From contig CAYZTQ010000001.1 of the NCBI GenBank assembly GCA_964481445.1, positions 7,701-71,700 of the forward strand: a stretch of DNA of 64,000 bases, written 5' to 3'. Position numbers and translations under genes: made by a program. The stretch comes from an uncultured Christensenella sp. GTDB lineage: Bacteria > Bacillota > Clostridia > Christensenellales > Aristaeellaceae. A model generated the notes under the pieces. The model was not told the DNA's origin and did no database searches. It saw only the letters and a program-made list of their open reading frames with translations. Positions 49,372-60,516 of this stretch are shown piece after piece; the stretch's first letter is position 1, and every line of letters begins with the position of its first letter.

Positions 49372-49667
49372 TGAAAAATCCTCATGATATCATCCTGCGC
49401 CCGGTTCTGACCGAAAAGGGCTACAACGGCATCGCCGACAAGCAGTATGTTTTCGAAGTCGCCATCGACGCCAACAAGGTCGAAATCAAGAAGGCGCTTG
49501 AGAAGGTTTTTAAGGACATCAAAGTGGAGCGGGTCAACACCCTGCGCCAGCTGGGCAAGATCAAGACCCAGGGCCGCACCAGCGGCCGTACCCCCGAAGT
49601 CAAGAAGGCCTATGTGAAGCTGACAGAAGACTCCAAGCCCATCGAGTTCTTCGAAGGCATGGTCTAA
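49371..49667 (+). CDS. rplW: 50S ribosomal protein L23
   Basis: 98 aa, containing IILRPVLTEKG...YVFEVAIDANKVEIKKALEKVF. Confidence 0.95.
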   Translation: MKNPHDIILRPVLTEKGYNGIADKQYVFEVAIDANKVEIKKALEKVFKDIKVERVNTLRQLGKIKTQGRTSGRTPEVKKAYVKLTEDSKPIEFFEGMV

Positions 49668-49681
49668 GGGAGGAGTAAGAA

Positions 49682-50515
49682 ATGCCGATTCGTGTCTATA
49701 AACCAACTTCCCCGGCGCGCCGTCTGATGTCGGTGCTGACCTTCGAGGAAATTACCAAGAAAACGCCTGAGCGCTCCCTGCTGCAGGCCAAGAAGAAAAA
49801 TGCCGGCCGCAACAGCCAGGGCAAAATCACCGTCCGTCATCAGGGCGGCGGCGCCAAGGCCAAGTATCGCCTGATTGACTTCAAGCGCAACAAGCTCGAA
49901 GTGCCCGCCAAAGTGGCCGCCATCGAGTATGACCCCAACCGCTCGGCCTTCATCGCGCTGCTGCACTATGTGGATGGCGCGAAGAGCTACATTCTGGCCC
50001 CTCTGGGCCTCAACGTGGGCGACATGGTGCTCTCCAGCGAGTCCGCCGATATCAAGCCCGGCAACTCCCTGCAGCTGCAGAACATCCCCGTCGGCACCCT
50101 GATTCACAACATCGAGCTGCGTCCCGGCGCAGGCGGACAGATTGCCCGCTCGGCCGGTTCCTACGCCCAGCTGATGGCCAAGGAAGGCGGCTACGCCACC
50201 CTGCGCATGCCCTCGGGCGAAATGCGCAAAGTGCCCATCATTTCCCGCGCGACCATCGGCACCGTCGGCAATACCGACCACGAGAACGTCCGCATCGGTA
50301 AGGCCGGTCGCAAGCGCCACATGGGCATTCGTCCCACTGTCCGCGGCGTTGTGATGAACCCTGTTGATCACCCCCACGGCGGCGGTGAGGGCAAGTCGCC
50401 CGTCGGCCTCCCCGCACCTGTTACTCCTTGGGGCAAGCCCGCTCTTGGCTACAAGACCCGCAAGCACAAGAAGTATTCCAACCGCCTGATCATCAAGCGC
50501 ATCAACTCGAAGTAA
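49682..50515 (+). CDS. rplB: 50S ribosomal protein L2
   Basis: 277 aa, containing [14 protein letters not shown]...[15 protein letters not shown]. Confidence 0.97.
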   Translation: MPIRVYKPTSPARRLMSVLTFEEITKKTPERSLLQAKKKNAGRNSQGKITVRHQGGGAKAKYRLIDFKRNKLEVPAKVAAIEYDPNRSAFIALLHYVDGAKSYILAPLGLNVGDMVLSSESADIKPGNSLQLQNIPVGTLIHNIELRPGAGGQIARSAGSYAQLMAKEGGYATLRMPSGEMRKVPIISRATIGTVGNTDHENVRIGKAGRKRHMGIRPTVRGVVMNPVDHPHGGGEGKSPVGLPAPVTPWGKPALGYKTRKHKKYSNRLIIKRINSK

Positions 50516-50542
50516 GTTAGAAGAAGGGAGGCACCAGAATCT

Positions 50543-50821
50543 ATGAGCCGTTCAGTTAAGAAAGGGCCCTATGTGCAGGAAGCGCTGCTCAAGCGCGTTG
50601 AAGATATGAACAATTCGGGCAAGAAGTCCGTTTTGAGAACCTGGTCGCGTGCGTCGACCATCTTCCCCGATTTTGTCGGCCACACCATTGCCGTGCATGA
50701 CGGCAAGAAGCATGTGCCGGTCTATATCACCGAGGATATGGTCGGCCACAAGCTGGGTGAGTTTGCCCCCACCCGCACCTTCCGCGGCCACGCCGGCGAA
50801 AAAGCGACTGTCCGCAAGTAA
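50543..50821 (+). CDS. rpsS: 30S ribosomal protein S19
   Basis: 92 aa, containing [11 protein letters not shown]...[35 protein letters not shown]. Confidence 0.97.
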   Translation: MSRSVKKGPYVQEALLKRVEDMNNSGKKSVLRTWSRASTIFPDFVGHTIAVHDGKKHVPVYITEDMVGHKLGEFAPTRTFRGHAGEKATVRK

Positions 50822-50841
50822 GAGGAAAGGAGTACCCAAAC

Positions 50842-51225
50842 ATGGCATCCAATACCCGTAATAAAGGGGAAAAGCGCGCCCAGGAACGGGACAAGCGTCC
50901 TCAGGCGCACGTCAAGCATGTGCGCGTCTCCTCCCGCAAGGCCAAGCAGGTCATCGACCTGATCCGCGGCAAGAATGTGGACGAAGCGCTGGCTATTTTG
51001 CAGTTTACCCCCAAGGCTACTTCTCCCATCGTCATCAAGCTCCTCAACAGCGCCATCGCGAACGCTGTCAACAACCAGGAGCTGGACCGCAGCTCGCTCT
51101 ATGTCGCTGAGATTTTCGCCAATCCGGGCCCCACGCTGAAGCGCTATGTTGCCCGCAGCCGCGGCAGCGCCTCGCCGATGCTCAGACGCACCAGCCACAT
51201 CAGCGTTGTGCTGGATCAACGATAA
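50842..51225 (+). CDS. rplV: 50S ribosomal protein L22 with a short basic N-terminal extension
   Basis: 127 aa, containing VRVSSRKAKQVIDLIRGKNVDEALAILQFTPK. Confidence 0.93.
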   Translation: MASNTRNKGEKRAQERDKRPQAHVKHVRVSSRKAKQVIDLIRGKNVDEALAILQFTPKATSPIVIKLLNSAIANAVNNQELDRSSLYVAEIFANPGPTLKRYVARSRGSASPMLRRTSHISVVLDQR

Positions 51226-51240
51226 GAGGGAGGATGAACA

Positions 51241-51912
51241 ATGGGTCAGAAAGTTAACCCGCACGGCGCGCGCGTTGGCGTGATTTACGACTGGAGCACG
51301 CGCTGGTACGCGGACAAGAAGAGCTTCGCCAACAATCTGATTGAAGATTACAAGATCCGCGAAGACCTCAAAGAAAAGTACTATTCCACCGGCATCAGCC
51401 GCATTGATATCGAGCGCAGCGCCGCGAAGATGACCATCAACATCTATACCGGCCGTCCCGGCATGATCATCGGCCGCGGCGGCAAGGGCATTGAAGAGCT
51501 GAAGGCCTATGTCGAAAAGAAGCTGGGCCATCCGGTCAACATCAATGTCGTTGAGGTCAAGACCCCTGACAGCGATTCCCAGCTGGTGGCCGAGAACATT
51601 GCCCAGCAGCTTGAAAAGCGCATTTCCTTCCGCCGCGCGATGAAGCAGTCCATCCAGCGCGCCATGCGCGCCGGCGCCAAGGGCATGAAGGTCAAGGTGT
51701 CCGGCCGTCTGGGCGGCGCCGACATCGCCCGCAACGAGCACTATCACGAAGGTTCCATCCCCCTGCAGACCCTGCGCGCCAACATCGATTACGGCTTCGC
51801 CGAGGCGAAGACCACCTACGGCCGTCTGGGTGTCAAGGTGTGGATCTACAAGGGCCAGGTTTTGCCTCAGGCAAAGAAAACCGCCGGCCGCGTCAGCGAA
51901 GGAGGCAAGTAA
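51241..51912 (+). CDS. rpsC: 30S ribosomal protein S3
   Basis: 223 aa, containing [13 protein letters not shown]...KH domain...[30 protein letters not shown]. Confidence 0.97.
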   Translation: MGQKVNPHGARVGVIYDWSTRWYADKKSFANNLIEDYKIREDLKEKYYSTGISRIDIERSAAKMTINIYTGRPGMIIGRGGKGIEELKAYVEKKLGHPVNINVVEVKTPDSDSQLVAENIAQQLEKRISFRRAMKQSIQRAMRAGAKGMKVKVSGRLGGADIARNEHYHEGSIPLQTLRANIDYGFAEAKTTYGRLGVKVWIYKGQVLPQAKKTAGRVSEGGK

Positions 51913-51915
51913 ACC

Positions 51916-52356
51916 ATGTTAATGCCTAAGAGAGTCAAGCGCCGCAAGGTTTTCCGCGGCCGCATGAAGGGCGCTGCCCATCGCGGCAACCTGATCAGCT
52001 ACGGAGACATCGGCCTGGTGGCGACCGACCCCAGCTGGGTGACCAGCCAGCAGATCGAGGCCGCCCGTATCGCCCTGACCCGTCACACCAAGCGCGGCGG
52101 CCAGGTATGGATCAAGATTTTCCCCGACAAGCCCGTTACCAAGAAGCCTGCCGAGACCCGCATGGGTTCCGGCAAGGGCAGCCCCGAGTTCTGGGTGGCA
52201 GTTGTCCGGCCCGGCCGCGTGATGTTTGAGATCGGCGGCGTTGAAGAAGCCGTTGCCCGTCAGGCCCTGCGCCTCGCGGCCAGCAAGCTTCCTCTGCGCA
52301 CCAAGATCTACACCCGTGAGCAACTTATAGAGAAAAACGGTGGTGAGAAGCAATGA
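51916..52356 (+). CDS. rplP: 50S ribosomal protein L16
   Basis: 146 aa, containing [19 protein letters not shown]...[24 protein letters not shown]. Confidence 0.97.
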   Translation: MLMPKRVKRRKVFRGRMKGAAHRGNLISYGDIGLVATDPSWVTSQQIEAARIALTRHTKRGGQVWIKIFPDKPVTKKPAETRMGSGKGSPEFWVAVVRPGRVMFEIGGVEEAVARQALRLAASKLPLRTKIYTREQLIEKNGGEKQ

Positions 52357-52556
52357 AGGTGAGCGAATATGCAGCCATGAAACCCGAGGAACTGACCGCA
52401 GCAATCGCCGATCTCAAGAGCGAGCTTTTCAACCTGAGATTCAAGCTGGCGACCGGTCAGCTGGAGAACACGATGCAGATTTCCTCCGTCAAGCGCGACA
52501 TCGCTCGCGCCCTGACGGTTCAGACCCAGGCCAGCAAGAAGGCTGCGCAGAAGTAA
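52353..52556 (+). CDS. rpmC: 50S ribosomal protein L29
   Basis: 67 aa, containing [29 protein letters not shown]. Confidence 0.93.
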   Translation: MKVSEYAAMKPEELTAAIADLKSELFNLRFKLATGQLENTMQISSVKRDIARALTVQTQASKKAAQK

Positions 52557-52577
52557 GCCGTGAAAGGAGGCAATTCT

Positions 52578-52838
52578 ATGTCAGAGCAAAGAGGACTTCG
52601 TAAAACCAGACAGGGCGTGGTTGTCAGCGACAAGATGGACAAGACCATCGTCGTAGCCATCACCACCCGTGTCCGTCACCCGCTCTATGGCAAAATCGTG
52701 AAGCGCACAACCAAGCTGAAGGCGCACGATGAGGAGAATGCCTGCGGTATCGGCGATACCGTGCGCGTGATGGAGACCCGCCCGCTCAGCCATGACAAGC
52801 GCTGGCGCCTGGTCGAGATTGTCGAGAAAGCGAAGTAA
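52578..52838 (+). CDS. rpsQ: 30S ribosomal protein S17
   Basis: In ORF 52560..52838 the ATG at 52578 follows the RBS AAGGAGG. The protein reads [26 protein letters not shown]...[16 protein letters not shown]. Confidence 0.93.
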   Translation: MSEQRGLRKTRQGVVVSDKMDKTIVVAITTRVRHPLYGKIVKRTTKLKAHDEENACGIGDTVRVMETRPLSHDKRWRLVEIVEKAK

Positions 52839-52902
52839 TGTATGCGACCTCTCATGGGAAGCAAGTTCACCATGATGAGGAATCTATAAAGGAGGAACCA
52901 CT

Positions 52903-53271
52903 ATGATTCAGCCGCAAACGCGACTCAAGGTCGCTGACAATTCCGGCGCAAGGGAAATCATGTGCATCCGTGTTCTGGGCGGTTCGTTCCGCCGCAGCGG
53001 TTCAGTGGGCGATATCATCGTCGCCAGCGTGAAATCCGCTGCTCCGGGCGGCACCGTCAAGAAGGGCGATGTCATCAAGGCTGTGATTGTGCGCATGCAT
53101 AAGTCCATGCGCCGTCCCGACGGCAGCTACATCCTCTTTGACGATAACGCAGCCGTTATCATCAAGGACGACCACCAGCCGGTCGGTACCCGTATCTTTG
53201 GGCCGGTGGCCCGCGAACTGCGCGAGAAGGATTTCATGAAGATCGTTTCTCTCGCCCCCGAAGTACTGTAA
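52903..53271 (+). CDS. rplN: 50S ribosomal protein L14
   Basis: 122 aa, reading [28 protein letters not shown]. Confidence 0.97.
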   Translation: MIQPQTRLKVADNSGAREIMCIRVLGGSFRRSGSVGDIIVASVKSAAPGGTVKKGDVIKAVIVRMHKSMRRPDGSYILFDDNAAVIIKDDHQPVGTRIFGPVARELREKDFMKIVSLAPEVL

Positions 53272-53277
53272 AGGAGC

Positions 53278-53598
53278 ATGGCGATGAAAGTACATGTAAA
53301 GACCAAGGATGAAGTCATTGTCATCTCCGGCAAGGATAAGGGCGCCAAGGGCAAAGTACTCTCGGTCAGCCCCAAGACCGGCCGTGTGACGGTCGAGGGC
53401 GTGGCCATGGTGACCAAGCACCAGAAGTCCCGCGCTCAGGGCCAGCCCGGCGGCATCATCCACAAGGAAGCCGCGATTGACGCCAGCAACGTGATGCTTG
53501 TCTGCCAGAAGTGCGGCAAGCCCTCCCGCGCGGGCGTGAAGGTTGAGGACGGCAAGAAGATCCGCGTGTGCAAAAAGTGCGGACAGCAGATTGACTAA
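53278..53598 (+). CDS. rplX: 50S ribosomal protein L24
   Basis: 106 aa with the KOW motif [18 protein letters not shown]. An alternative ATG lies at 53284. Confidence 0.93.
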   Translation: MAMKVHVKTKDEVIVISGKDKGAKGKVLSVSPKTGRVTVEGVAMVTKHQKSRAQGQPGGIIHKEAAIDASNVMLVCQKCGKPSRAGVKVEDGKKIRVCKKCGQQID

Positions 53599-53614
53599 GG
53601 AGGAGGAATAGCAA

Positions 53615-54160
53615 ATGGCAACTCGTTTGAAAGAAAAATATCTCGCCGAAGCTGTCCCTGCTCTGCAGCAGAAGTTCGGCTACAAGAACCCCATGGAGAT
53701 CCCGCGCCTTGAAAAGGTGATCATCAACATGGGCCTGGGCGACACCAAGGACAACGCCAAGGCGCTGGAAGTCGCCGTCGATGAGCTGACCCAGATTGCC
53801 GGTCAGAAGCCCCTGGTGACCAAGGCCAAGAAGTCCATCGCGAACTTCAAGCTTCGCGAGGGCATGAACGTCGGCGCCAAGGTGACCCTGCGCGGCGCCC
53901 GCATGGAAGAGTTTGTTGACAAGCTGATTTCCATCGCGCTGCCCCGCGTGCGCGACTTCCGCGGCGTCAGCACCAAGGCCTTCGACGGCCGCGGCAACTA
54001 CGCGCTGGGTGTCCGCGAGCAGCTGATTTTCCCCGAGATCAACTACGATAAGGTAGAAAAGATCCGCGGCATGGAAATGATTTTTGTGACGACCGCCAAA
54101 ACGGATGAGGAAGCGAAGGAACTGCTGAGCCTCCTGGGCATGCCGTTTGCGCAGCAGTAA
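53615..54160 (+). CDS. rplE: 50S ribosomal protein L5
   Basis: 181 aa, containing [37 protein letters not shown]. Confidence 0.97.
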   Translation: MATRLKEKYLAEAVPALQQKFGYKNPMEIPRLEKVIINMGLGDTKDNAKALEVAVDELTQIAGQKPLVTKAKKSIANFKLREGMNVGAKVTLRGARMEEFVDKLISIALPRVRDFRGVSTKAFDGRGNYALGVREQLIFPEINYDKVEKIRGMEMIFVTTAKTDEEAKELLSLLGMPFAQQ

Positions 54161-54175
54161 GGAAGGGAGTAATCC

Positions 54176-54361
54176 ATGGCAAAGACAAGTATGAAGATCC
54201 GGCAGAGCCGTCCTGCCAAGTTTACCACCCGTGCTTATACGCGCTGCCGTCTGTGCGGACGTCCGCACTCCGTGCTGCGCCGCTACGGTGTGTGCCGTAT
54301 CTGCTTCAGAGAACTGGCCTATAAGGGCGAGATCCCCGGCGTCCGCAAGGCCAGCTGGTGA
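54176..54361 (+). CDS. rpsN: 30S ribosomal protein S14, type Z (zinc-binding)
   Basis: 61 aa, containing [10 protein letters not shown]...[38 protein letters not shown]. Confidence 0.95.
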   Translation: MAKTSMKIRQSRPAKFTTRAYTRCRLCGRPHSVLRRYGVCRICFRELAYKGEIPGVRKASW

Positions 54362-54387
54362 TGGAATGACGAGAAGGAGGTTCCAAC

Positions 54388-54789
54388 ATGATCGTAAATG
54401 ATCCCATTGCCGATATGCTGACCCGTATCAGAAATGCGCAGGTTGCCAAGCATGATTCGGTCGTCATCCCGGCCAGCAATGCCAAGCAGGCGATCGCCAG
54501 GATTCTGCTTGACGAAGGATATATCAAGGCTTTCGAAAGGATCGACGACGGCGTGCAGGGCCAGCTGAAGCTGACGCTCAAGTATGTCAACGGCAAGCAG
54601 CAGCCCGTCATCGCCGGCCTGAAGCGCATCTCCAAGCCCGGTCTGCGTGTTTACGCCAAGTGCGAGGAGTTGCCCAAGGTGCTGGGCGGTCTGGGGGTGG
54701 CCATCGTGTCCACTTCCCGCGGCCTGATGACCGATAAGAACGCGCGCAACAACAAACTGGGCGGCGAAGTGCTGGCCTATATCTGGTAA
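54388..54789 (+). CDS. rpsH: 30S ribosomal protein S8
   Basis: 133 aa, containing [19 protein letters not shown]...GGEVLAYIW. Confidence 0.97.
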   Translation: MIVNDPIADMLTRIRNAQVAKHDSVVIPASNAKQAIARILLDEGYIKAFERIDDGVQGQLKLTLKYVNGKQQPVIAGLKRISKPGLRVYAKCEELPKVLGGLGVAIVSTSRGLMTDKNARNNKLGGEVLAYIW

Positions 54790-54815
54790 CCGACTGACGC
54801 ATTGGAGGTAGAAGT

Positions 54816-55355
54816 ATGTCTCGTATCGGAAAACTTCCGATTCCGGTTCCTGCCGGCGTGTCGGTGAAGGTTGATGACCACAATCTGGTTGTGGTCAAAG
54901 GCCCGAAAGGCACTCTGTCCCAGCAGGTAAACCCGGATATCAAAGTATCGCAAAACGATGGAGCGATCGTTCTCGAGCGCCCCACCGACAGCAAGCCCCA
55001 CAAGGCCATGCACGGCCTGTACCGCGCGCTGCTGCACAACATGGTTGTCGGCGTGACCGAGGGCTTTGAAAAGTCCCTCGAGCTGGTCGGCACCGGTTAC
55101 CGCGCCAGCGTTGAAGGCAGGAAGCTGACCATGAACGTCGGCTACTCGCACCCCGTTGTGTTCGAGGCGCCCGCCGATGTCACCTTTGAGACCCCCGCCC
55201 CCACCCAGGTGGTGGTCAAGGGCATTGACAAGCAGGTTGTCGGCAGCCTGGCCGCGGATATCCGCGGAACCCGTCCGCCGGAGCCCTACCTTGGCAAGGG
55301 TGTCAAGTACAAGGGTGAGCGCATCCGCCGTAAGGAAGGCAAGGCCGGTAAGTAA
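54816..55355 (+). CDS. rplF: 50S ribosomal protein L6
   Basis: 179 aa, containing MSRIGKLPIPVPAGVSVKVDDHNLVVVKGPKGTLS. Confidence 0.97.
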   Translation: MSRIGKLPIPVPAGVSVKVDDHNLVVVKGPKGTLSQQVNPDIKVSQNDGAIVLERPTDSKPHKAMHGLYRALLHNMVVGVTEGFEKSLELVGTGYRASVEGRKLTMNVGYSHPVVFEAPADVTFETPAPTQVVVKGIDKQVVGSLAADIRGTRPPEPYLGKGVKYKGERIRRKEGKAGK

Positions 55356-55375
55356 TCGAAAGGGAGTGAACGCAT

Positions 55376-55744
55376 ATGTTCAAAAAGCGTGACAGAAACG
55401 AAGTACGCGTAATCAGGCATGCACGTGTCCGCAAGAAGATCAGCGGCACGCCCGAGATGCCGCGCCTGTGCGTCTATCGCAGCAATGCGAATATCTATGC
55501 CCAGATCATCGATGATTCCAAGGGCATGACCCTTGCGCAGGCTTCCACCATGGATGCCTCCGTGAAGGGCACGTTCGATGATGTGAACAAGACCGCCGCC
55601 GCCAAGGTGATCGGCAAGCTCATCGGTGAGCGCGCCGTTGCCGCCGGCATCGAAAAGGTTGTCTTTGACCGCAGCGGCTATCTGTACACCGGCCGTGTCG
55701 CTTCTCTGGCAGAGGGTGCCCGTGAAGCCGGGCTCAAGTTCTAA
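55376..55744 (+). CDS. rplR: 50S ribosomal protein L18
   Basis: 122 aa, containing [34 protein letters not shown]...[26 protein letters not shown]. Confidence 0.96.
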   Translation: MFKKRDRNEVRVIRHARVRKKISGTPEMPRLCVYRSNANIYAQIIDDSKGMTLAQASTMDASVKGTFDDVNKTAAAKVIGKLIGERAVAAGIEKVVFDRSGYLYTGRVASLAEGAREAGLKF

Positions 55745-55762
55745 GTGAAGGAGAAGGAAGGC

Positions 55763-56260
55763 ATGCAACGCAGAGAAGAACAGTCTGAGTTCAAAGAAAA
55801 ACTGGTTGCCGTCAACCGCGTCGTCAAGACGGTTAAGGGCGGCCGCAACTTCCGCTTTTCCGCTCTGATGGTCGTTGGCGACGGCGCTGGCCGTGTCGGC
55901 GCCGGTATGGGCAAGGCGGCTGAAATCCCCGAGGCGATCCGCAAGGGTGTGGAAGACGCCAAGAAAAACATGATCAACGTTCCGATCGTCGGGACGACCA
56001 TCCCTCACCAGTCCATCGGATATTTCGGAACCAGCAAGGTGGTTATGCTGCCTGCTGAAGAAGGGGCCGGTGTCATCGCCGGCGGCGCCGCCCGCGCGGT
56101 GCTGGATCTGGCCGGTGTGAAGGATATCCGCGCCAAGTCCTTTGGCACAGCCAACCCTATCAACACCGTCAAGGCGACCATGGAAGGCCTCAAGCAGCTT
56201 CGCTCGGCCGAGCAGGTGGCCAAGATGCGCGGCAAGACGGTCGAAGAGATCGTGGGCTGA
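55763..56260 (+). CDS. rpsE: 30S ribosomal protein S5
   Basis: In ORF 55745..56260 the ATG at 55763 follows the RBS AAGGAGAAGGAAGG. The protein contains [32 protein letters not shown]. Confidence 0.95.
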   Translation: MQRREEQSEFKEKLVAVNRVVKTVKGGRNFRFSALMVVGDGAGRVGAGMGKAAEIPEAIRKGVEDAKKNMINVPIVGTTIPHQSIGYFGTSKVVMLPAEEGAGVIAGGAARAVLDLAGVKDIRAKSFGTANPINTVKATMEGLKQLRSAEQVAKMRGKTVEEIVG

Positions 56261-56270
56261 GGAGGGCAAG

Positions 56271-56453
56271 ATGAAGTTACAGATTACACTGACCAAGTCC
56301 CCGATTGCCTGCCTGCAAAAGCAGATTGATACCGTGAAGGCGCTCGGCCTTCGCAAAGTTGGCCAGACAGTGGTCAGAGAAGACAATGCTGCGGTTCGTG
56401 GGCAGATCTTCCGCGTTCAGCACATGGTCAAAGTGGAAGAAATCAAGGAATAA
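56271..56453 (+). CDS. rpmD: 50S ribosomal protein L30
   Basis: This is an internal start of track ORF 56142..56453, with RBS GAGGAGGG. The 60-aa protein reads [38 protein letters not shown]. Confidence 0.93.
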   Translation: MKLQITLTKSPIACLQKQIDTVKALGLRKVGQTVVREDNAAVRGQIFRVQHMVKVEEIKE

Positions 56454-56466
56454 GGAGGACGGCCTC

Positions 56467-56907
56467 ATGAAACTGCACGAGTTGAAACCGGCATTCGGTT
56501 CCACGACTGCTCCGAAGCGCCTTGGCCGAGGCGTAGGTTCCGGGCTTGGCAAGACCTCAGGCAAAGGTCACAAAGGCGCCAAAGCCCGCTCCGGCGGCGG
56601 TAAAGCCCCCGGATTTGAAGGCGGCCAGATGCCCTTGTATCGCCGTATCCCCAAGAGCGGCTTCACCAATGTGTTCCGCAAGGAATACGCCACGGTCAAC
56701 CTCTCGGCGCTGGAGCGCTTTGAAGACGGCACGACCGTGACCGTGGAGCTTCTGAAACAGCACGGCCTGGTGAAGCAGGTGAAAGACGGTGTCAAAGTGC
56801 TTGGCGGCGGCGAGCTGACCAAAAAGCTGACTGTACAGGTTGATCGCTTTACCGCCTCCGCGAAAGAAAAGATCGAGGCGCTCGGCGGGAAAGCCGAGGT
56901 GATCTGA
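56467..56907 (+). CDS. rplO: 50S ribosomal protein L15
   Basis: This is an internal start of track ORF 56359..56907, with RBS AAGGAGGA. The protein reads [37 protein letters not shown]. Confidence 0.95.
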   Translation: MKLHELKPAFGSTTAPKRLGRGVGSGLGKTSGKGHKGAKARSGGGKAPGFEGGQMPLYRRIPKSGFTNVFRKEYATVNLSALERFEDGTTVTVELLKQHGLVKQVKDGVKVLGGGELTKKLTVQVDRFTASAKEKIEALGGKAEVI

Positions 56908-56908
56908 C

Positions 56909-58216
56909 ATGTGGGAGACGCTGCGTAACGCATGGAAGGTTCCGGAGCTGCGCAAGAAGCTTCTGTACACCCTGATGATGCTGGTCGTCTATCGTCTGGT
57001 CAGCGTCGTGCCGGTTCCCGGCATCAATGCCTCGGTCGTTCAGGATGTTTCCAAACAGTTTGATATGCTCGGCCTGGTCAACATGATGACCGGTAACGCC
57101 TTCAGCCAGATGACTGTCATGGCGATGGGCATCACCCCTTACATCAACGCCAGCATCATCATCCAGCTGCTGCAGATCGCCATCCCGTCGCTTGAGCGGC
57201 TGGCGAAGGAAGGCGGGGAAGAGGGCAAAGCGAAGCTGAACCGCATCACCCGCTATTCGACCATCGTTCTGGCTGCCCTGCAGGCCATCGGCATCATCGC
57301 CGGCCTCAACAGCGCTACCACCCAGTCGGGCGCGCGTGTGCTGATGGACAGCTACAACAACTTCTGGGGCCTTCTTTCCATCGGTATCATCATGGCCGGC
57401 GGCACGGCCCTGGCCATGTGGATCGGCGAGAGGATTACCGCCAACGGCATTGGCAACGGCATCTCGCTTCTGATCTTTGCCGGTATCATCTCTAACCTTT
57501 TCAACGGCATGCTGCTCTCCTTCACGGATGCTCTGGGCCTGACGCATTATTCCGCAGCCGGCAGCCCCGTGGTCAACTTCCTGATCCTGATGGTTACCGC
57601 GCTGGTCATCATTACGGTGGTTACCTTTGTGGATTCGGGTGAGCGCAGAATCCCCGTTCAGTACGCCAAGCGCGTTGTCGGCCGCAAGATGTACGGCGGT
57701 CAGAGCACGCACATCCCGCTGAAAGTGGTTTCGGTCGGCGTGCTGCCCCTGATCTTTGCCTACAGCTTCATGGCCTTCCCCGGCACCGTCATCTCCATGT
57801 TCGGTACCAACTCCGGGGCCTACAAGTGGTGGAACACCTACATGCATCCGCAGGCGCCGATGTACCTTGTTGTCACCGCGCTGCTGATCATCGCGTTCAG
57901 CTACTTCTACTCTTCCATCAGCTTCAACCCGCAGGATATCGCAAAGAATATCCAGCAGCAGGGCGGCAACATTCCCGGTATCCGCTCGGGCAAGAACACG
58001 GTGGATTATCTGGCCCGCACCACCAACAGGCTGACGCTGTTCGCGGCCATCTTCCTGGCCATTCTGGCCACCATCCCTTCGCTGCTCTACATCTGGAAGA
58101 ACGTGCAGATTCCGTTTGCCGCCTCTTCCATCCTGATTGCAGTGTCGGTCGCGCTTGAAACTGTCCGCCAGATTGAGGCGAACCTGGTCATGCGCAACTA
58201 CAAGGGCTTCCTGTAA
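56909..58216 (+). CDS. secY: Preprotein translocase subunit SecY
   Basis: 435 aa with about 10 TM segments. It begins ELRKKLLYTLMMLVVYRLVSVVPVPGIN and carries ...GGNIPGIRSGKNT. Confidence 0.97.
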   Translation: MWETLRNAWKVPELRKKLLYTLMMLVVYRLVSVVPVPGINASVVQDVSKQFDMLGLVNMMTGNAFSQMTVMAMGITPYINASIIIQLLQIAIPSLERLAKEGGEEGKAKLNRITRYSTIVLAALQAIGIIAGLNSATTQSGARVLMDSYNNFWGLLSIGIIMAGGTALAMWIGERITANGIGNGISLLIFAGIISNLFNGMLLSFTDALGLTHYSAAGSPVVNFLILMVTALVIITVVTFVDSGERRIPVQYAKRVVGRKMYGGQSTHIPLKVVSVGVLPLIFAYSFMAFPGTVISMFGTNSGAYKWWNTYMHPQAPMYLVVTALLIIAFSYFYSSISFNPQDIAKNIQQQGGNIPGIRSGKNTVDYLARTTNRLTLFAAIFLAILATIPSLLYIWKNVQIPFAASSILIAVSVALETVRQIEANLVMRNYKGFL

Positions 58217-58294
58217 GCAAGAGACGCTCTTTGATAAGAGCACGATTTCCCCCTCTGCCCTTCGGGGCAGGGGGCGGAAATTTGAGGTAAGTAC

Positions 58295-58921
58295 ATGAAT
58301 TTGATTTTCTTAGGCCCTCCCGGTGCAGGCAAGGGCACCCACGCTGTCAGGCTGGCCCAGCAACTGAGCATCCCCCAGATCTCGACGGGCGATATGCTGC
58401 GCGGCCATGTGAAGGCGCAGACCCAGCTTGGCCTCGAAGCCAAGAAATACATGGACGCCGGCGAGCTGGTGCCCGATGATGTCATCATCGGCATGGTAAA
58501 GGTCCGTCTGCAGGAAGCGGACTGCAGGAACGGCTATATCTTTGACGGTTTCCCGCGCACTGTCGCGCAGGCGGAGGCGCTGGAAAAGTTCACGAAGATT
58601 GACGCCGTGCTCAACCTGATTGTGTCCGATCAGGTGATCATCGATCGTCTGAGCGGCCGCCGCGTCTGCCCGGACTGCAACGGCACCTTCCACATCAAGC
58701 ACCTGGACAACCCGGAAGTCTGCCCCACCTGCGGCGGTAAGCTTGTCATCCGCAAGGACGACCAGCCCGAGACCGTGCTCAATCGTCTGGAAGTGTACCG
58801 CAGGCAGACGGAGCCCCTGATTGACTATTACAAGCAGAAGGGTCTGCTGCGCGACGCCAACGGCGAAGGAACTTTGGACGCCAACTACGCCGAAGTTCTG
58901 GAGGCGCTCGGTATTCAATGA
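58295..58921 (+). CDS. adk: Adenylate kinase (zinc-lid type)
   Basis: 208 aa. It begins [17 protein letters not shown] and has the lid CPDCNGTFH...CPTCGG. Confidence 0.97.
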   Translation: MNLIFLGPPGAGKGTHAVRLAQQLSIPQISTGDMLRGHVKAQTQLGLEAKKYMDAGELVPDDVIIGMVKVRLQEADCRNGYIFDGFPRTVAQAEALEKFTKIDAVLNLIVSDQVIIDRLSGRRVCPDCNGTFHIKHLDNPEVCPTCGGKLVIRKDDQPETVLNRLEVYRRQTEPLIDYYKQKGLLRDANGEGTLDANYAEVLEALGIQ

Positions 58922-59685
58922 TTACGCTCAAGAACCCGGCGCAGATCGCGAAGATGCGTTCCGCGGGTCACCTCCTGTACGACGTGCTTCAAAGCATCCG
59001 GGAGGTGATCAAGGCGGGGGAAAGCACCGCCGCGATCGACGCTTATGCCGAAGAGAAGATCAGGCGGGCAGGTGCCGTCCCTTCGTTTCTCCATTACCAG
59101 GGCTATCCCAAGTCCATCTGCGCGTCCATTGACGACGAGGTGGTGCACGGCATTCCCTCTGACTCCGCCATCCTGAAAGAAGGCAGCATCCTGTCGGTTG
59201 ACTGCGGTCTGATTCTGGACGGCTGGCAGGCTGACAGCGCCTTTACAGTGGGCATCGGCAACATCTCAAAAGAGAAGGCCGAGTTGATCCGCGTGACCGA
59301 AGAATCCTTCTTTCTGGGCGCGGCCAAAGCAGTTGACGGCAATCGTCTGGGCGATATCGGCAGCGCGGTGCAGAAACTGGCGGAAGCGCATGGCTACGGC
59401 GTGGTGAGAGAGCTCACCGGCCACGGCATCGGCCGGAACATGCATGAAGACCCTTCTGTCCCCAATTATGGGCTGTCAGGGCACGGCACCCGGCTGAAGG
59501 CCGGCATGGTCATCGCCATTGAGCCGATGATCACCCTCGGCAGCTACCGTGTGATGGAGATGGAAGACGGCTGGACCATCAAGACGGTGGACGGTTCCCC
59601 TTGTTCCCACTACGAGCACACGGTTGCGATCACGGAAAGCGGCCCCGAGCTGCTCACTTTGCCCGGTTACAGCTTTCCGGGTTAA
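58918..59685 (+). CDS. map: Type I methionine aminopeptidase
   Basis: 255 aa. It has metal-ligand contexts [27 protein letters not shown] and HYEHTV. Confidence 0.95.
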   Translation: MITLKNPAQIAKMRSAGHLLYDVLQSIREVIKAGESTAAIDAYAEEKIRRAGAVPSFLHYQGYPKSICASIDDEVVHGIPSDSAILKEGSILSVDCGLILDGWQADSAFTVGIGNISKEKAELIRVTEESFFLGAAKAVDGNRLGDIGSAVQKLAEAHGYGVVRELTGHGIGRNMHEDPSVPNYGLSGHGTRLKAGMVIAIEPMITLGSYRVMEMEDGWTIKTVDGSPCSHYEHTVAITESGPELLTLPGYSFPG

Positions 59686-59697
59686 GGGAGGAAGATT

Positions 59698-60012
59698 TTG
59701 AAAGCACCCCTTCGTGAAGGAATTGTGGCTGTTTCACAAAAAGGTCGTGACAAAGGCCGTTCCTTTATGGTATTATATCAGTTGGACGCTGATTTCGTGC
59801 TGATTGCCGATGGTAGCACCCGGAAGCTTCAAAATCCCAAGAAAAAGCGCCGCAAGCACCTCATGTCAACGAGCGGGGAGTTCCCCCAGCTGGCAGAGAA
59901 GTATCAAGAGGGAAGACTGACAGACAGCGAGTTGCGCAAAGCGCTTGCAAAGCTGTCTGGAGACTGTCCTGACGCAGCCAATAAGGAGGGCTCAGTGTTT
60001 GGCCAAAAGTGA
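59698..60012 (+). CDS. Small KOW-domain (L14E-like) RNA-binding protein
   Basis: 104 aa with a TTG start after the RBS GGGAGGAAG. It reads [32 protein letters not shown]...KKKRRKH. Its position between map and infA is typical in Clostridia (from memory). Confidence 0.6.
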   Translation: MKAPLREGIVAVSQKGRDKGRSFMVLYQLDADFVLIADGSTRKLQNPKKKRRKHLMSTSGEFPQLAEKYQEGRLTDSELRKALAKLSGDCPDAANKEGSVFGQK

Positions 60013-60220
60013 TGTCATTGAAATCGAAGGGAAAGTAGTCGACGCATTGCCTAATGCGATGTTCCTGGTCGAACTGCCCAACGGGCACCAGATCATGGCG
60101 CATATTTCCGGCAAGATGCGCATGAATTTCATCCGCATTTATCCCGGCGACAAGGTTACCATCGAACTGTCACCTTATGACCTGACCCGCGGCAGAATTA
60201 CCTGGCGCAGCAAAACGTAA
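59999..60220 (+). CDS. infA: Translation initiation factor IF-1
   Basis: This reading frame lies inside track ORF 59945..60220. The TTG start at 59999 follows the RBS AAGGAGGG (59983-59990). The 73-aa product reads (M)[69 protein letters not shown]. Confidence 0.9.
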   Translation: MAKSDVIEIEGKVVDALPNAMFLVELPNGHQIMAHISGKMRMNFIRIYPGDKVTIELSPYDLTRGRITWRSKT

Positions 60221-60262
60221 TCTTCGCTGCCTTTCGGCAGCTGATTTGAGGAGGTTAATCCC

Positions 60263-60376
60263 ATGAAAGTTCGTCCCTCAGTAAAGCCCATGTGCGAGAA
60301 GTGCAAGGTCATCAAGCGCAAAGGCAATGTGATGATCATTTGTGAGAATCCCAAGCACAAGCAGAAGCAGGGCTGA
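60263..60376 (+). CDS. rpmJ: 50S ribosomal protein L36
   Basis: Too short for the ORF track. My translation is [37 protein letters not shown] (37 aa), with RBS GAGGAGG. Confidence 0.95.
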   Translation: MKVRPSVKPMCEKCKVIKRKGNVMIICENPKHKQKQG

Positions 60377-60516
60377 CTCAACCAGGTGATAAGCTGCGCG
60401 GGCGGCTGCCTCCTGCCTGGCAGGAGGACCGCGTGGTCAATCATATAGACCGTCCCCGCAAGGGCTCGGTCAACATTCATTCTTACCTATGATTAATGTG
60501 GAGGTGTATCCAACAG

